Positions 34,535 through 42,961 of a stretch of DNA of 56,979 nt are shown here, one piece after another; position 1 is the stretch's first letter, and each line of letters opens with the position of its first letter. This DNA comes from Candidatus Poseidoniaceae archaeon (GTDB lineage: Archaea; Thermoplasmatota; Poseidoniia; Poseidoniales; Poseidoniaceae). Below the pieces are notes generated by a model. That model was not told the DNA's origin. It ran no database searches and saw only the letters and a program-made list of their open reading frames with translations. Location: positions 1 to 56,979 of the forward strand of contig DAIUCF010000004.1 of assembly GCA_036846305.1 (NCBI GenBank), in the 5' to 3' direction. The position numbers and the translations under genes were made by a program.

Positions 34535-37500
34535 CTTCGGCCACCTCCTCTTGAGTAATTCCGTTTTCAGGAAGGGTCGACTGTGAAGGGTCGACGACGC
34601 CAAAGATATCGTCTAGGTTCAGTTTCTCGTTCGCCAATTCGTTGAACAAACGGGCTGGGTCGCTTAAATCTCTCTCGATTCGAATAGCCTTAACTTCAAT
34701 GTCCGTGAGGCGGCCATAGAGCGTACCGTACATCGAGTTAGCACGTCCGATGAGATACCATACACCCAACATGACTACTGCGATGTAAACAACTAGGCTC
34801 ACGATGTTGGCCCTGTTCTCAGTGAGCATCGGCGGTAACCCAAGTACCACTGAAAGCATACCAAGAACTGGAACCGCCAATATGATTGTGAGTTGCTTTC
34901 GAGCCTTGCCAAGTTCTTCAAAGTGGTCGGCATACAGCGTAGAAATACCTCGGCGAGCACGTTGATAATCTTCGTGCAGTAATCGGAACTCTTCTGTACT
35001 CTTCCAACTCATCCTCCAAATCCAAAGCGCTGCTAAAGCAAGCACTACAAAGCCCCACCAGATGAATTGGAACAAATGGAAGGCAAATCCAAATCCAAGA
35101 ACCCCTGAATAAATCCCAAGCAATCGGAAATTATCGTTCTGTGCTGTAAGCCTAAACAGGATGATTGAAACCAATAGACAGGTCACCGAAGCAACGAAAC
35201 TGTTGGAGACACCTGGCGACCAAGAAATTACATCTTCCTTAAGCGTCATTTGGTCATTCTTCTCAACGTTATCTTTCATGAAACTCGCGTTCACGGTTGC
35301 AACACAACTCACTTCTGAACGTTGATTCCACCAGTCGATTGAATCAGCAGTAACTGTCCAGGTAAACGACCTTTCTTCGGTAGCGAAGAAGAACGGTATC
35401 ATGGAGTAGTTTAGTCCTGTTGAAACTGAACGGTTGAGGAGCGCAGGTCGCTCACTCGGCAAATCTGAAACGGTCAATCCATCACATTCCAAATCAACGA
35501 CCACGTCTAATGCAGTAGCAGAGCCTACATTTTGGACAACAACGGTAATGGTGCTCTTGGTGCCTTCCTTGAAACCATCCTCGCCAGAGGATATGCTTTT
35601 GATCATCGGGTCAGCAAACACGGCTAGTTCCAGTGTAAATGTCTCCTCATCATAATTAGTAAACAGGTTGTTTTCAGTCGGATGGTAGAGTCTAAAGGTC
35701 AAGTCCCAGCCGTCTCCGGGTAGAATCTTTCCTTTCGTTGGCGTTTCTGCTTGAATCCTAATTGTCGAAGGGTTCCATGCATCCAGCTCAAGAAGAGTGA
35801 ATCGTGATGTTGGACCCAGCGAAGAAGTGCCGCATTCTTGTTCCAAATCGAGTTTGTGAGTGTCGCTGGTGCCATCTGCATTATCGACAACGAGTGTGAA
35901 ATTCCATGAATATTCGAATTCAGACAATCCCATTGCTGGTAAATTGAGAAGACGTTCTGAATCACATAATTCAACCATGTAGGCGGCTTTGGAACCGTTC
36001 CCTGTTGGGATGTTGGTGTATGGGAGGAGAACATCAACAACATCACCGTCGATGTCAGGCTCAATTCCGATATCTCCAGTCGAGAAGAATCTTGACATAA
36101 CGAGTTGTGTCTTGAATTCACCTTCACCCTCAACAGCTGTGTCTGTTGGGTCAAGGAACAACGTCAAATCTGCAGTGAGTGAAAGAAGTGGGAAGTCAAC
36201 TGTACCTTGGACTGTGAATGTGTGAACGACTGGGGTATTACGTGGCAATGAAATAACGGTTGGTTGAGTAATCATCGTCCAATCCGTCGATAGATTCGTA
36301 AGACCGGGCCTTGTAATGGCATATACAGCGTTGACCGATACATCTTTGTTACCGGTGTTGGTCAAAGTAACCTCCCACGTACGGGTTGATGTTGGTTGGA
36401 ATTCCATTACGTCAGGCCAATCGCTCGATTCGACGATGAATAAGGGTTGAACTTGAAGTTGCACATTGCGAGAGAGGTATTCTTTGCCACTGGTTGCGTT
36501 CATTGCAGTTATAGTGAGGTTGTAAACTGAGCCTTCAACAAGCGAATCGGTGCCGCCCAAACTAGGTATGCTGACAATAACCGAATCAGCATATTTCCCA
36601 TCGATTGGAATCGTCTTGGTCAGTTGATACTGAGAAAGAGTCAAGTTTCCTTCAACACTCAAATTAATGGAAACTGTTTCTTGCAAGTTACCTAAATTTT
36701 CAATTTCGAAGTCTACACTTTCCTGCAACCCCGGGGTCACGGCAATAAGTTCTGGAGCCGTTATACCAATAGAGTGGTTTTCAGAGATATTTGCAACGAT
36801 GTTTGAAGAGAGAAGAATTTGCCCGTTATTAGTTGAAACCCAAACTGTACACATGTAAAATCCATCAGAGTTCGCATTCGAATTCGCAATCATCTCGATT
36901 TGTATGGTTTCTTGGTAGCCAGCAGCAATGAATAAACTTCCACTGCTCGGAGATTCGAGTTTGAAATCTACATCCCCAGCTTGTGAATTATCGAGCCAAA
37001 TTGTGTAATCAGTTGGTGCATTTCCAGTATTGACGACCTTTATGGTAGTGAAAGTGGATTCGGAAATATCAAGATCCAGCGATTGGTTGGTTGGGGTTAG
37101 ACTGCCGTTGAAAATCTGCCCAACAACAACGTAAAACACATGCACATCGCCAATTAACTGTCCAGAGAAGGGATCTTCAATTCGCACGGAAATTGGCTGA
37201 TTGAGACCAGCAGGAGCCAATGGGTCAGTCTTGATATTGAACGAGATGAATTCGATGTGTTCGTTGTTCGAACCAAATTCACCATCGAGTTCTCCATCGG
37301 ATATGTCAGATGTGAGATTGGTGATGTTGGTATCGGCCTCACTGAAATTTGCAGTCCAGTTTTCAGGAAGGTCATTCACCACACGTAAGCGATAAGAACC
37401 AACATCGTTGCCCGTGTTGGCAAAACGCATCGGTACCGTGGTGTCAACACCTACAGGAATGTCGTAAGGGCCTGAGTCAAGGAATTCGCCATCGATGAGA

Positions 37501-39617
37501 GGCGGGATAATTAGAGTGTAATTTCGAGTTAATGTTTCGGCCGCCACACCGCTACCTTGTAGCGCCGGGCTAAGGGTAGGAGTGATGGTGATTGAAGCAG
37601 AGAAGGTTCCGGCAACCGGATACTGATTGGCTTGAGGCCCGATGATGTCAAGTGTAGTCGTAGCGCTGTCACCGGGTGTTAAACCGGTGTAAAGCGGGTT
37701 AGAAACACTCACAGACCAACGGTCCGCTTCACTGAAACCGCCTTCATTGAGGGCAGTGAAACTCTTACCAGTGGTAATTGTTGCATCGAGGGTCTCGCTC
37801 AGCATAGTGGGTAGATTGTGAATTACTCGGAGGTTGAGGTCGATGTTTCGAACAAGTTGTGTACCGGTGAGGGTTTGTTGGATTTCCTCATTCGGAATTA
37901 CTTCTGGAACAGGGTTAAGTCCGGGGTCGACAACAATTACGGGAGATACTTCGATGGGTGCTGTGTCTTGTGATGGGACACCACCACCGAGCGGTTGGCA
38001 TTGAATCCAAACATCAAGCGCGTCACCCGCCATGTTGTATTCGCTGGTTACGATTGGATTCTGAATCGCTGGAGCTGTGAGGGTCACGGTAACTTGAGTC
38101 GTTTGCCCCGAGGATACTGGAGGGGTAATCGATGGTGCGACCTCCCAGGTCCAATTCAAGGTCGAAACAGAAAGGCCAGTGTCCAAGGAGTATGTCGTGG
38201 TCACGCTACCGGTATTTTCGACCACAGCGATGAATTGAGCAGTCCCACCAGGGGAGATTTTCTTCGTGGTCGCAGGTTCGACAAGATCAACAGTGCCTTG
38301 GAAGAAATCACCTACCATGACTCTGCCAACTCCACTGATTTCGTATTTATCTGGAGAATCCACTGATGTGAACGTTATGACGATTTTATCGGTTTCCGAA
38401 CGTACTGCAGTTGTTGGCACATCCACATCGAGTGTAACCAAACGTACCGAACCTGCCGGTAGCGTAGCTCCGAAGGATGCAGAGGTTTCATCAGCCCATG
38501 GTTTGTTTTGAGTAACTGAAATCGTGAACAGGTCTGATTTAATACCGGTATTCTTGACAACAAATGTAATTGCCGTGGAATCACCAGGTTCGACAACTAG
38601 AGTAGCAGGTTCAATGACAATCGCATTGTAGTCTGAAAATTTAATCCACGATTCTTTGACAACGACCGTTTCATCCCATGCGGTTCCGTCAAACTTGACT
38701 GATGCAGAAATATTCCACACCCCCGTCAATGTCGTAGAGTCAACGTTTGCGCTTAGAACGCCTGACTCTTGAATTGTTCCTGCTGAAGGTGGATATGAGC
38801 CAGGTTGTAGAAGCACAGTATTGGAGACAAAATTGAGAACGGTTGCGGGTGTCGAGTTGTCCCTCAGTGTAATGGTCATCGTAGCAGATAGAGGCTTTAC
38901 TCCAGAATTCGTAACCGTTGTGTTGAGGGCAGTGACCGCATTAGGCAATGCCATTCTGTTGGTTGACGGGGTTACATCAGGGAAGGTGTTGGTCATCAGT
39001 TCCCCAAAGTGCTTATTTTCTACAGAAAAAGACAGCCCGAGGTCCTGATAATTGTTCAAGAGAGCATTGCCAGCCTCTTTGGATGAGACGATTTTGACCC
39101 TTAATTCTTGACCTGCTCCGTTAGTAGCATTCCACGAGAAAGAAATGGGGGCAATGTCAACTTGAGCAGAGGCGCTACTTACCGTACCCATGGAGATGGT
39201 CGTCACGTCATTGAATGTCAGTGAAGGGGATCCTTTGTGTTGGAGAACCAACCACAATTCATCACTACCGGAGCCGGTTGCAGATACGTTGACCGTGACG
39301 ATGTGTTCCCCTGGCTCGAGGTACATCGAAGCCCCGATGACTGCTGAACCGGAATTGCTGAGTTGAAGTGGGTCTCTAAAGTAAAAATCAAGTACAGAGC
39401 GGCCTGAAGTAGTTGTTTCATTTTCAGAATCACCAGCGCCTACAAGCGGCAAGTACATTGGGACGACGAAAAGCAATACAAGCAGGCTTGCTAGTGCCGA
39501 TTTACGAGATACAGCATTAAGCAGAAGAGCCACCTCCTGGAGAGTCAAATCGAGCGATAGTGACTTTCTTACCTTGACGGCGCCATTGAAGGAGGAGTTG
39601 CTCAAGGAGTCGCTCAT
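34527..39617 (-). CDS. Giant (1,696 aa) envelope protein: N-terminal signal-anchor, multiple CARDB/NEW3-like beta-sandwich repeats, C-terminal 5-TM block plus cytoplasmic tail
   Basis: Repeated signatures: VKNTGIKSDLFTISV, VENTGSVTTTYSL, FANTGNDVGSYRLRV, VVNTGNAPTDYTIWL, IENLGNLQETVSINL, LTNTGNKDVSVNAVY, VQNVGSATALDVVVDL. Many N-x-S/T sequons. C-terminal helices FVASVTCLLVSIILFRL, LLGIYSGVLGFGFAFHLF, IWWGFVVLALAALWIW, LTIILAVPVLGMLSVVLGL, IVSLVVYIAVVMLGVWYLIG. The start is ambiguous (see findings). Confidence 0.8.
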   Translation of the reverse strand: MSDSLSNSSFNGAVKVRKSLSLDLTLQEVALLLNAVSRKSALASLLVLLFVVPMYLPLVGAGDSENETTTSGRSVLDFYFRDPLQLSNSGSAVIGASMYLEPGEHIVTVNVSATGSGSDELWLVLQHKGSPSLTFNDVTTISMGTVSSASAQVDIAPISFSWNATNGAGQELRVKIVSSKEAGNALLNNYQDLGLSFSVENKHFGELMTNTFPDVTPSTNRMALPNAVTALNTTVTNSGVKPLSATMTITLRDNSTPATVLNFVSNTVLLQPGSYPPSAGTIQESGVLSANVDSTTLTGVWNISASVKFDGTAWDETVVVKESWIKFSDYNAIVIEPATLVVEPGDSTAITFVVKNTGIKSDLFTISVTQNKPWADETSASFGATLPAGSVRLVTLDVDVPTTAVRSETDKIVITFTSVDSPDKYEISGVGRVMVGDFFQGTVDLVEPATTKKISPGGTAQFIAVVENTGSVTTTYSLDTGLSVSTLNWTWEVAPSITPPVSSGQTTQVTVTLTAPAIQNPIVTSEYNMAGDALDVWIQCQPLGGGVPSQDTAPIEVSPVIVVDPGLNPVPEVIPNEEIQQTLTGTQLVRNIDLNLRVIHNLPTMLSETLDATITTGKSFTALNEGGFSEADRWSVSVSNPLYTGLTPGDSATTTLDIIGPQANQYPVAGTFSASITITPTLSPALQGSGVAAETLTRNYTLIIPPLIDGEFLDSGPYDIPVGVDTTVPMRFANTGNDVGSYRLRVVNDLPENWTANFSEADTNITNLTSDISDGELDGEFGSNNEHIEFISFNIKTDPLAPAGLNQPISVRIEDPFSGQLIGDVHVFYVVVGQIFNGSLTPTNQSLDLDISESTFTTIKVVNTGNAPTDYTIWLDNSQAGDVDFKLESPSSGSLFIAAGYQETIQIEMIANSNANSDGFYMCTVWVSTNNGQILLSSNIVANISENHSIGITAPELIAVTPGLQESVDFEIENLGNLQETVSINLSVEGNLTLSQYQLTKTIPIDGKYADSVIVSIPSLGGTDSLVEGSVYNLTITAMNATSGKEYLSRNVQLQVQPLFIVESSDWPDVMEFQPTSTRTWEVTLTNTGNKDVSVNAVYAITRPGLTNLSTDWTMITQPTVISLPRNTPVVHTFTVQGTVDFPLLSLTADLTLFLDPTDTAVEGEGEFKTQLVMSRFFSTGDIGIEPDIDGDVVDVLLPYTNIPTGNGSKAAYMVELCDSERLLNLPAMGLSEFEYSWNFTLVVDNADGTSDTHKLDLEQECGTSSLGPTSRFTLLELDAWNPSTIRIQAETPTKGKILPGDGWDLTFRLYHPTENNLFTNYDEETFTLELAVFADPMIKSISSGEDGFKEGTKSTITVVVQNVGSATALDVVVDLECDGLTVSDLPSERPALLNRSVSTGLNYSMIPFFFATEERSFTWTVTADSIDWWNQRSEVSCVATVNASFMKDNVEKNDQMTLKEDVISWSPGVSNSFVASVTCLLVSIILFRLTAQNDNFRLLGIYSGVLGFGFAFHLFQFIWWGFVVLALAALWIWRMSWKSTEEFRLLHEDYQRARRGISTLYADHFEELGKARKQLTIILAVPVLGMLSVVLGLPPMLTENRANIVSLVVYIAVVMLGVWYLIGRANSMYGTLYGRLTDIEVKAIRIERDLSDPARLFNELANEKLNLDDIFGVVDPSQSTLPENGITQEEVAEDV

Positions 39618-40026
39618 GGACGAGATCCGATATGCCGAGGCGACGGCGTTCCTCCCAAAGCAACATTTGTTCTGTCTTGGTTAACAACGCATCTCGTAAA
39701 TAGAGTTCAAGAGTGCGTCGGTAAGCGTCTCGGTCGGAGACTGCATAGACAATGGTGTCTCCAGGCAACTGGTCCGCACGGTTTTGTATAAGGTTGCCAA
39801 GCGTAAGTGCTTCGTCGTAAGTCAAGTTTCGTTTGTCAAGGTCAGTCTGTACTGAACTGGCGATTGTCTGAAGGTCAAATCGAGTGTTTGAGCGCTGAAT
39901 CTGCTTTGAGTAGCGCCGACATCTACGAGACATGCGAGCCGCCACCATACTTGCTGATGAAACCCGCCGGTTATTGAAAGAATCGGTCAATATGGGCGGT
40001 TTAACCCACATCGATATCAAAACCAC
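39517..40026 (-). CDS. Hypothetical basic/helical cytoplasmic protein (up to 169 aa)
   Basis: GTG start in the track; ATG alternatives exist at 40011 and further downstream. Its 3' end overlaps the first 101 nt of the giant ORF in another frame. No motif recognised. Confidence 0.4.
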   Translation of the reverse strand: MVLISMWVKPPILTDSFNNRRVSSASMVAARMSRRCRRYSKQIQRSNTRFDLQTIASSVQTDLDKRNLTYDEALTLGNLIQNRADQLPGDTIVYAVSDRDAYRRTLELYLRDALLTKTEQMLLWEERRRLGISDLVHERLLEQLLLQWRRQGKKVTIARFDSPGGGSSA

Positions 40027-40148
40027 CCATAATGCATAAAAGGCTCGCTAAATGGCATATCCCATTGATAAAGTGTTAATTTTTTAACTTTAGAAGCCAA
40101 ATATGGGTAAAAGCAATCCTTCATGTCCTTGAAGTGTTTGGAAAGTTC

Positions 40149-40634
40149 ATGAGCGAGACAATTACCCATGAAGTCGGACAACAAGCCCCATCATTTGCAT
40201 GCATAGATTCCGCAGGACAAATGCATGACTCAAGTGCATACCAAGCAGATGGTAAAACCGTTATCGTTTACTTCTATCCACGTGACTCAACCCCCGGGTG
40301 TACAAAGCAAGCATGCGATTTTAGAGACAACATGGCACGCCTTGCCAGCGAAAATTACGTCGTACTCGGCGTTTCCAAAGATTCTGAAGGGTCACACCAG
40401 AAGTTTATCTCCAAACAAGACCTCAACTTTCCGCTGCTTATGGACAGAGACGGTGAACTGCACGATTCGTTCGGAACATGGCGCCTCAAAAAGAACTACG
40501 GAAGAGAATACATGGGCTGTGCACGCTCTACATTCGTTATCGGCCCTGATGGTACTTTTTCGTGGCTACGTTACAACGTAAAAGCCAAAGGCCATGTGCA
40601 GATGCTCATGAGAGAACTCGGCCATGGTGAGTGA
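40149..40634 (+). CDS. bcp: Thiol peroxidase, Bcp/PrxQ-type peroxiredoxin
   Basis: ...VGQQAPSF...GKTVIVYFYPRDSTPGCTKQACDFRD... carries the peroxidatic Cys in the PxxxTxxC context, with the resolving Cys 5 residues later. Start taken as ATG 40149. Confidence 0.9.
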   Translation: MSETITHEVGQQAPSFACIDSAGQMHDSSAYQADGKTVIVYFYPRDSTPGCTKQACDFRDNMARLASENYVVLGVSKDSEGSHQKFISKQDLNFPLLMDRDGELHDSFGTWRLKKNYGREYMGCARSTFVIGPDGTFSWLRYNVKAKGHVQMLMRELGHGE

Positions 40635-40642
40635 GGGATTGG

Positions 40643-41146
40643 ATGATTGACAGGCTGTCCTTGAGCGGTCAACGCATTGACATTGGCAACGGCTCTGTTG
40701 CTTGGGCGCCTTGCCATATTGGCACCTCAACTGAAATTGGTTCTTCCAGCTCCATTGGGTCACTCGCACACGTTGGACGTGAAGTACAGATTGGTAACAA
40801 CTGTAGAATTCAGGGTGGAGCATACATTGCTGATGGATGTGTCCTCTCCGATGATGTATTCATCGGCCCGAACGTAACGCTGCTCAACGATAAGTACCCT
40901 CCATCCAACAATCCACAGCAATGGCAACCCATCCAAATTGGTAAAAACGCAGTTATTGGCGGAGGTGCTACGATTGTTGCTGGTTGTTCCGTCGGCCATT
41001 CAAGCGTTCTTGGTGCCGGCTCAACACTGACTAAATCGATTCCGTCTGGTGAAGTGTGGGCGGGGAATCCCGCCCAATTCCTCATGTCGAGAGAAGAATA
41101 CAACTCTAAACAGAGCCAACTCAAACTGGAGCTGGGGGATGAATGA
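40643..41146 (+). CDS. Left-handed beta-helix (hexapeptide-repeat) acyl/acetyltransferase
   Basis: Imperfect hexapeptide periodicity (...IGNGSVAWAPCHIGTSTEIGSSSSIGSLAHVGREVQIGNNCRIQGGAYIADGCVLSDDVFIGPNV... and ...IGKNAVIGGGATIVAGCSVGHSSVLGAGS...). It resembles sugar N-acetyltransferases. Confidence 0.7.
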   Translation: MIDRLSLSGQRIDIGNGSVAWAPCHIGTSTEIGSSSSIGSLAHVGREVQIGNNCRIQGGAYIADGCVLSDDVFIGPNVTLLNDKYPPSNNPQQWQPIQIGKNAVIGGGATIVAGCSVGHSSVLGAGSTLTKSIPSGEVWAGNPAQFLMSREEYNSKQSQLKLELGDE

Positions 41147-41955
41147 TGGATAGAAAAGCAGTCGTCTTAGATTATTTGGAAAAATGCAACACCTATGCAC
41201 AAGCTTCCATCAAACGAAAATTGGAACGTGGAGAGGCAGATGAAACAAAGTCTTGGGAGTCATATATGCAATTTAACGACCATGCAATCGAAGAAATCAG
41301 CAACGGCACGCTTGACCACTGGTTCTCACCGCCACCGAGTGAAAACATGAGTAATGCACATCGAATCGATGTAGACAACATCGAACATGCACAACGTGCT
41401 GGTTGGCTCTCAGGCTTACTTTCACCCCGGCCACTAATTGTTGCATCTACGCAAGATGAAAACGGCAACAAAAACCTCGCACCGTACACTTCGGTCATGG
41501 CTGTTTCAACCGGACCTCCCCTGCTGATTGCTTCATTCAGTTGCAATCGTGAAGGTAGGTACAGAGACACCCTACACAATTTGAGAACGACAAAAAGAGC
41601 GATTCTGCATCTTATGCCGAGTACATTGTCATCGATTCAAGGCATCGATGAAACCGCTGCACCCTTACCACAGAACGAAAGTGAGTGGAATCTATCCGGA
41701 TTCACCCCTAGTCCGCTTGACCCCTTGCTGATGAACGAAGCTGTGGCTGCACTCGAAGTTGAATTTCTTGAAGATAGGCCGTTACCAGATGCTGTTGCTC
41801 GCTTAGCAGTACTACGCGTTACAGGCCTGTGGACCTCAGAACAATCGATTCCACCTGAAGGGTTAGACATACTTTGTCAACACGGGCATGACAGACTTAC
41901 TCCTGCTCCAAACACATGGGGTAAAAAAGTGCTCAAACACTATGGCAAAAAGTGA
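41143..41955 (+). CDS. Flavin-reductase-like (FMN-binding split-barrel) domain protein
   Basis: ...LLSPRPLIVASTQDENGNKNLAPYTSVMAVSTGPPLLIASF... matches the flavin reductase-like domain pattern. It has an extra N-terminal segment of about 90 aa and an ATGA overlap with the upstream gene. Confidence 0.55.
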   Translation: MMDRKAVVLDYLEKCNTYAQASIKRKLERGEADETKSWESYMQFNDHAIEEISNGTLDHWFSPPPSENMSNAHRIDVDNIEHAQRAGWLSGLLSPRPLIVASTQDENGNKNLAPYTSVMAVSTGPPLLIASFSCNREGRYRDTLHNLRTTKRAILHLMPSTLSSIQGIDETAAPLPQNESEWNLSGFTPSPLDPLLMNEAVAALEVEFLEDRPLPDAVARLAVLRVTGLWTSEQSIPPEGLDILCQHGHDRLTPAPNTWGKKVLKHYGKK

Positions 41956-42960
41956 TCAGCGCAATTGTCTCCACATTGATGTTAATCCTTGAACCAAATC
42001 TGTTTTTGTGGTCCAGCCCAACATCTGTTCAGTGCTTGAGCAATCTGGAAGTCTTCGCTTTGCGTCTCCATGGTACCCCTCTGCAATACGAACTTCCGGC
42101 ATTTCTTGACCCCATGTAGATGTTTGGACAACAGAATATATCTGCTGTTGTAAATCACGTATACTCACTTCTTCAGTTGAACCAATGTTCACTGCTATTC
42201 CAGAAAGAGAACCACCTTCGATAGCCGAGTCCATTATTCCAGCACGATAAAATCCGTCGACAATATCGTCAATCCAAGTGAATGAACGGGTTTGCTCCCC
42301 TCCGTTATGCAGTTCAATAGGTTGGTTCTTGAGAATAGCCTGGAAAAACATAGCGACGACTTGACCGTATTCATCACCAAGGAGGCGAGGACCGTACGCA
42401 TTGAATGGCCGTACAATTCGGACATCCAACCCTTCTCGGACTGCGTGTTGGCAAGCAACTTCATCAAGATATTTGCTTGCTCCATAGGAATGACGTTGGT
42501 GTTTTGCAGGGTCAGTAAAAGTCATATCGTTTCCATTTTGAATTGGTTGCTGTTTTGCCTCTCCAAACGCTTCTGGAGAGGATGCTAAAACATATCGTGC
42601 TTCATGAGCCATTGCAAGTTCAAGAGTTCGTAAAGTCCCGTTAATGTTGACATCAATAACCGAATGTGCCGCTTCATGGAACCATTTTGTCCCGTTTACT
42701 GCTGCAAGGTGATAGATGATATCAACGCCAACAAGTGCCTCAACAGCATCATCCAAACGATCAATATCCCGGACATCACCCTTCATAAATTGAAAATTCG
42801 GATGTTCACTAATCGATGCAAGATTACTTTCTTTCCCCCTAAACAGAGAATCAAACGCAAGAACAATGTGACCTTCGCTGAGCAATCGTTCACACAATGA
42901 CGAACCAATAAATCCTGCACCACCGGTCACTAAAATTCGCCGAACTGCCAAGATGTTCAC
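41956..42960 (-). CDS. NAD-dependent sugar-nucleotide epimerase/dehydratase (extended SDR)
   Basis: Rossmann motif ILVTGGAGFIGSSL and catalytic YGASKYLDE (YxxxK). Start uncertain: TTG 42978 in the track, GTG 42960, or TTG 42951 preceded by GAGGTGA. Confidence 0.85.
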   Translation of the reverse strand: MNILAVRRILVTGGAGFIGSSLCERLLSEGHIVLAFDSLFRGKESNLASISEHPNFQFMKGDVRDIDRLDDAVEALVGVDIIYHLAAVNGTKWFHEAAHSVIDVNINGTLRTLELAMAHEARYVLASSPEAFGEAKQQPIQNGNDMTFTDPAKHQRHSYGASKYLDEVACQHAVREGLDVRIVRPFNAYGPRLLGDEYGQVVAMFFQAILKNQPIELHNGGEQTRSFTWIDDIVDGFYRAGIMDSAIEGGSLSGIAVNIGSTEEVSIRDLQQQIYSVVQTSTWGQEMPEVRIAEGYHGDAKRRLPDCSSTEQMLGWTTKTDLVQGLTSMWRQLR

Positions 42961-42961
42961 C

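Noticed and set aside
40225-40581. 118-aa alternative-frame ORF within bcp; also 40677..40877, 40760..40999 and 40810..41124 within the acetyltransferase
   Set aside because: The bcp and hexapeptide-repeat frames carry diagnostic motifs, and the alternatives do not.
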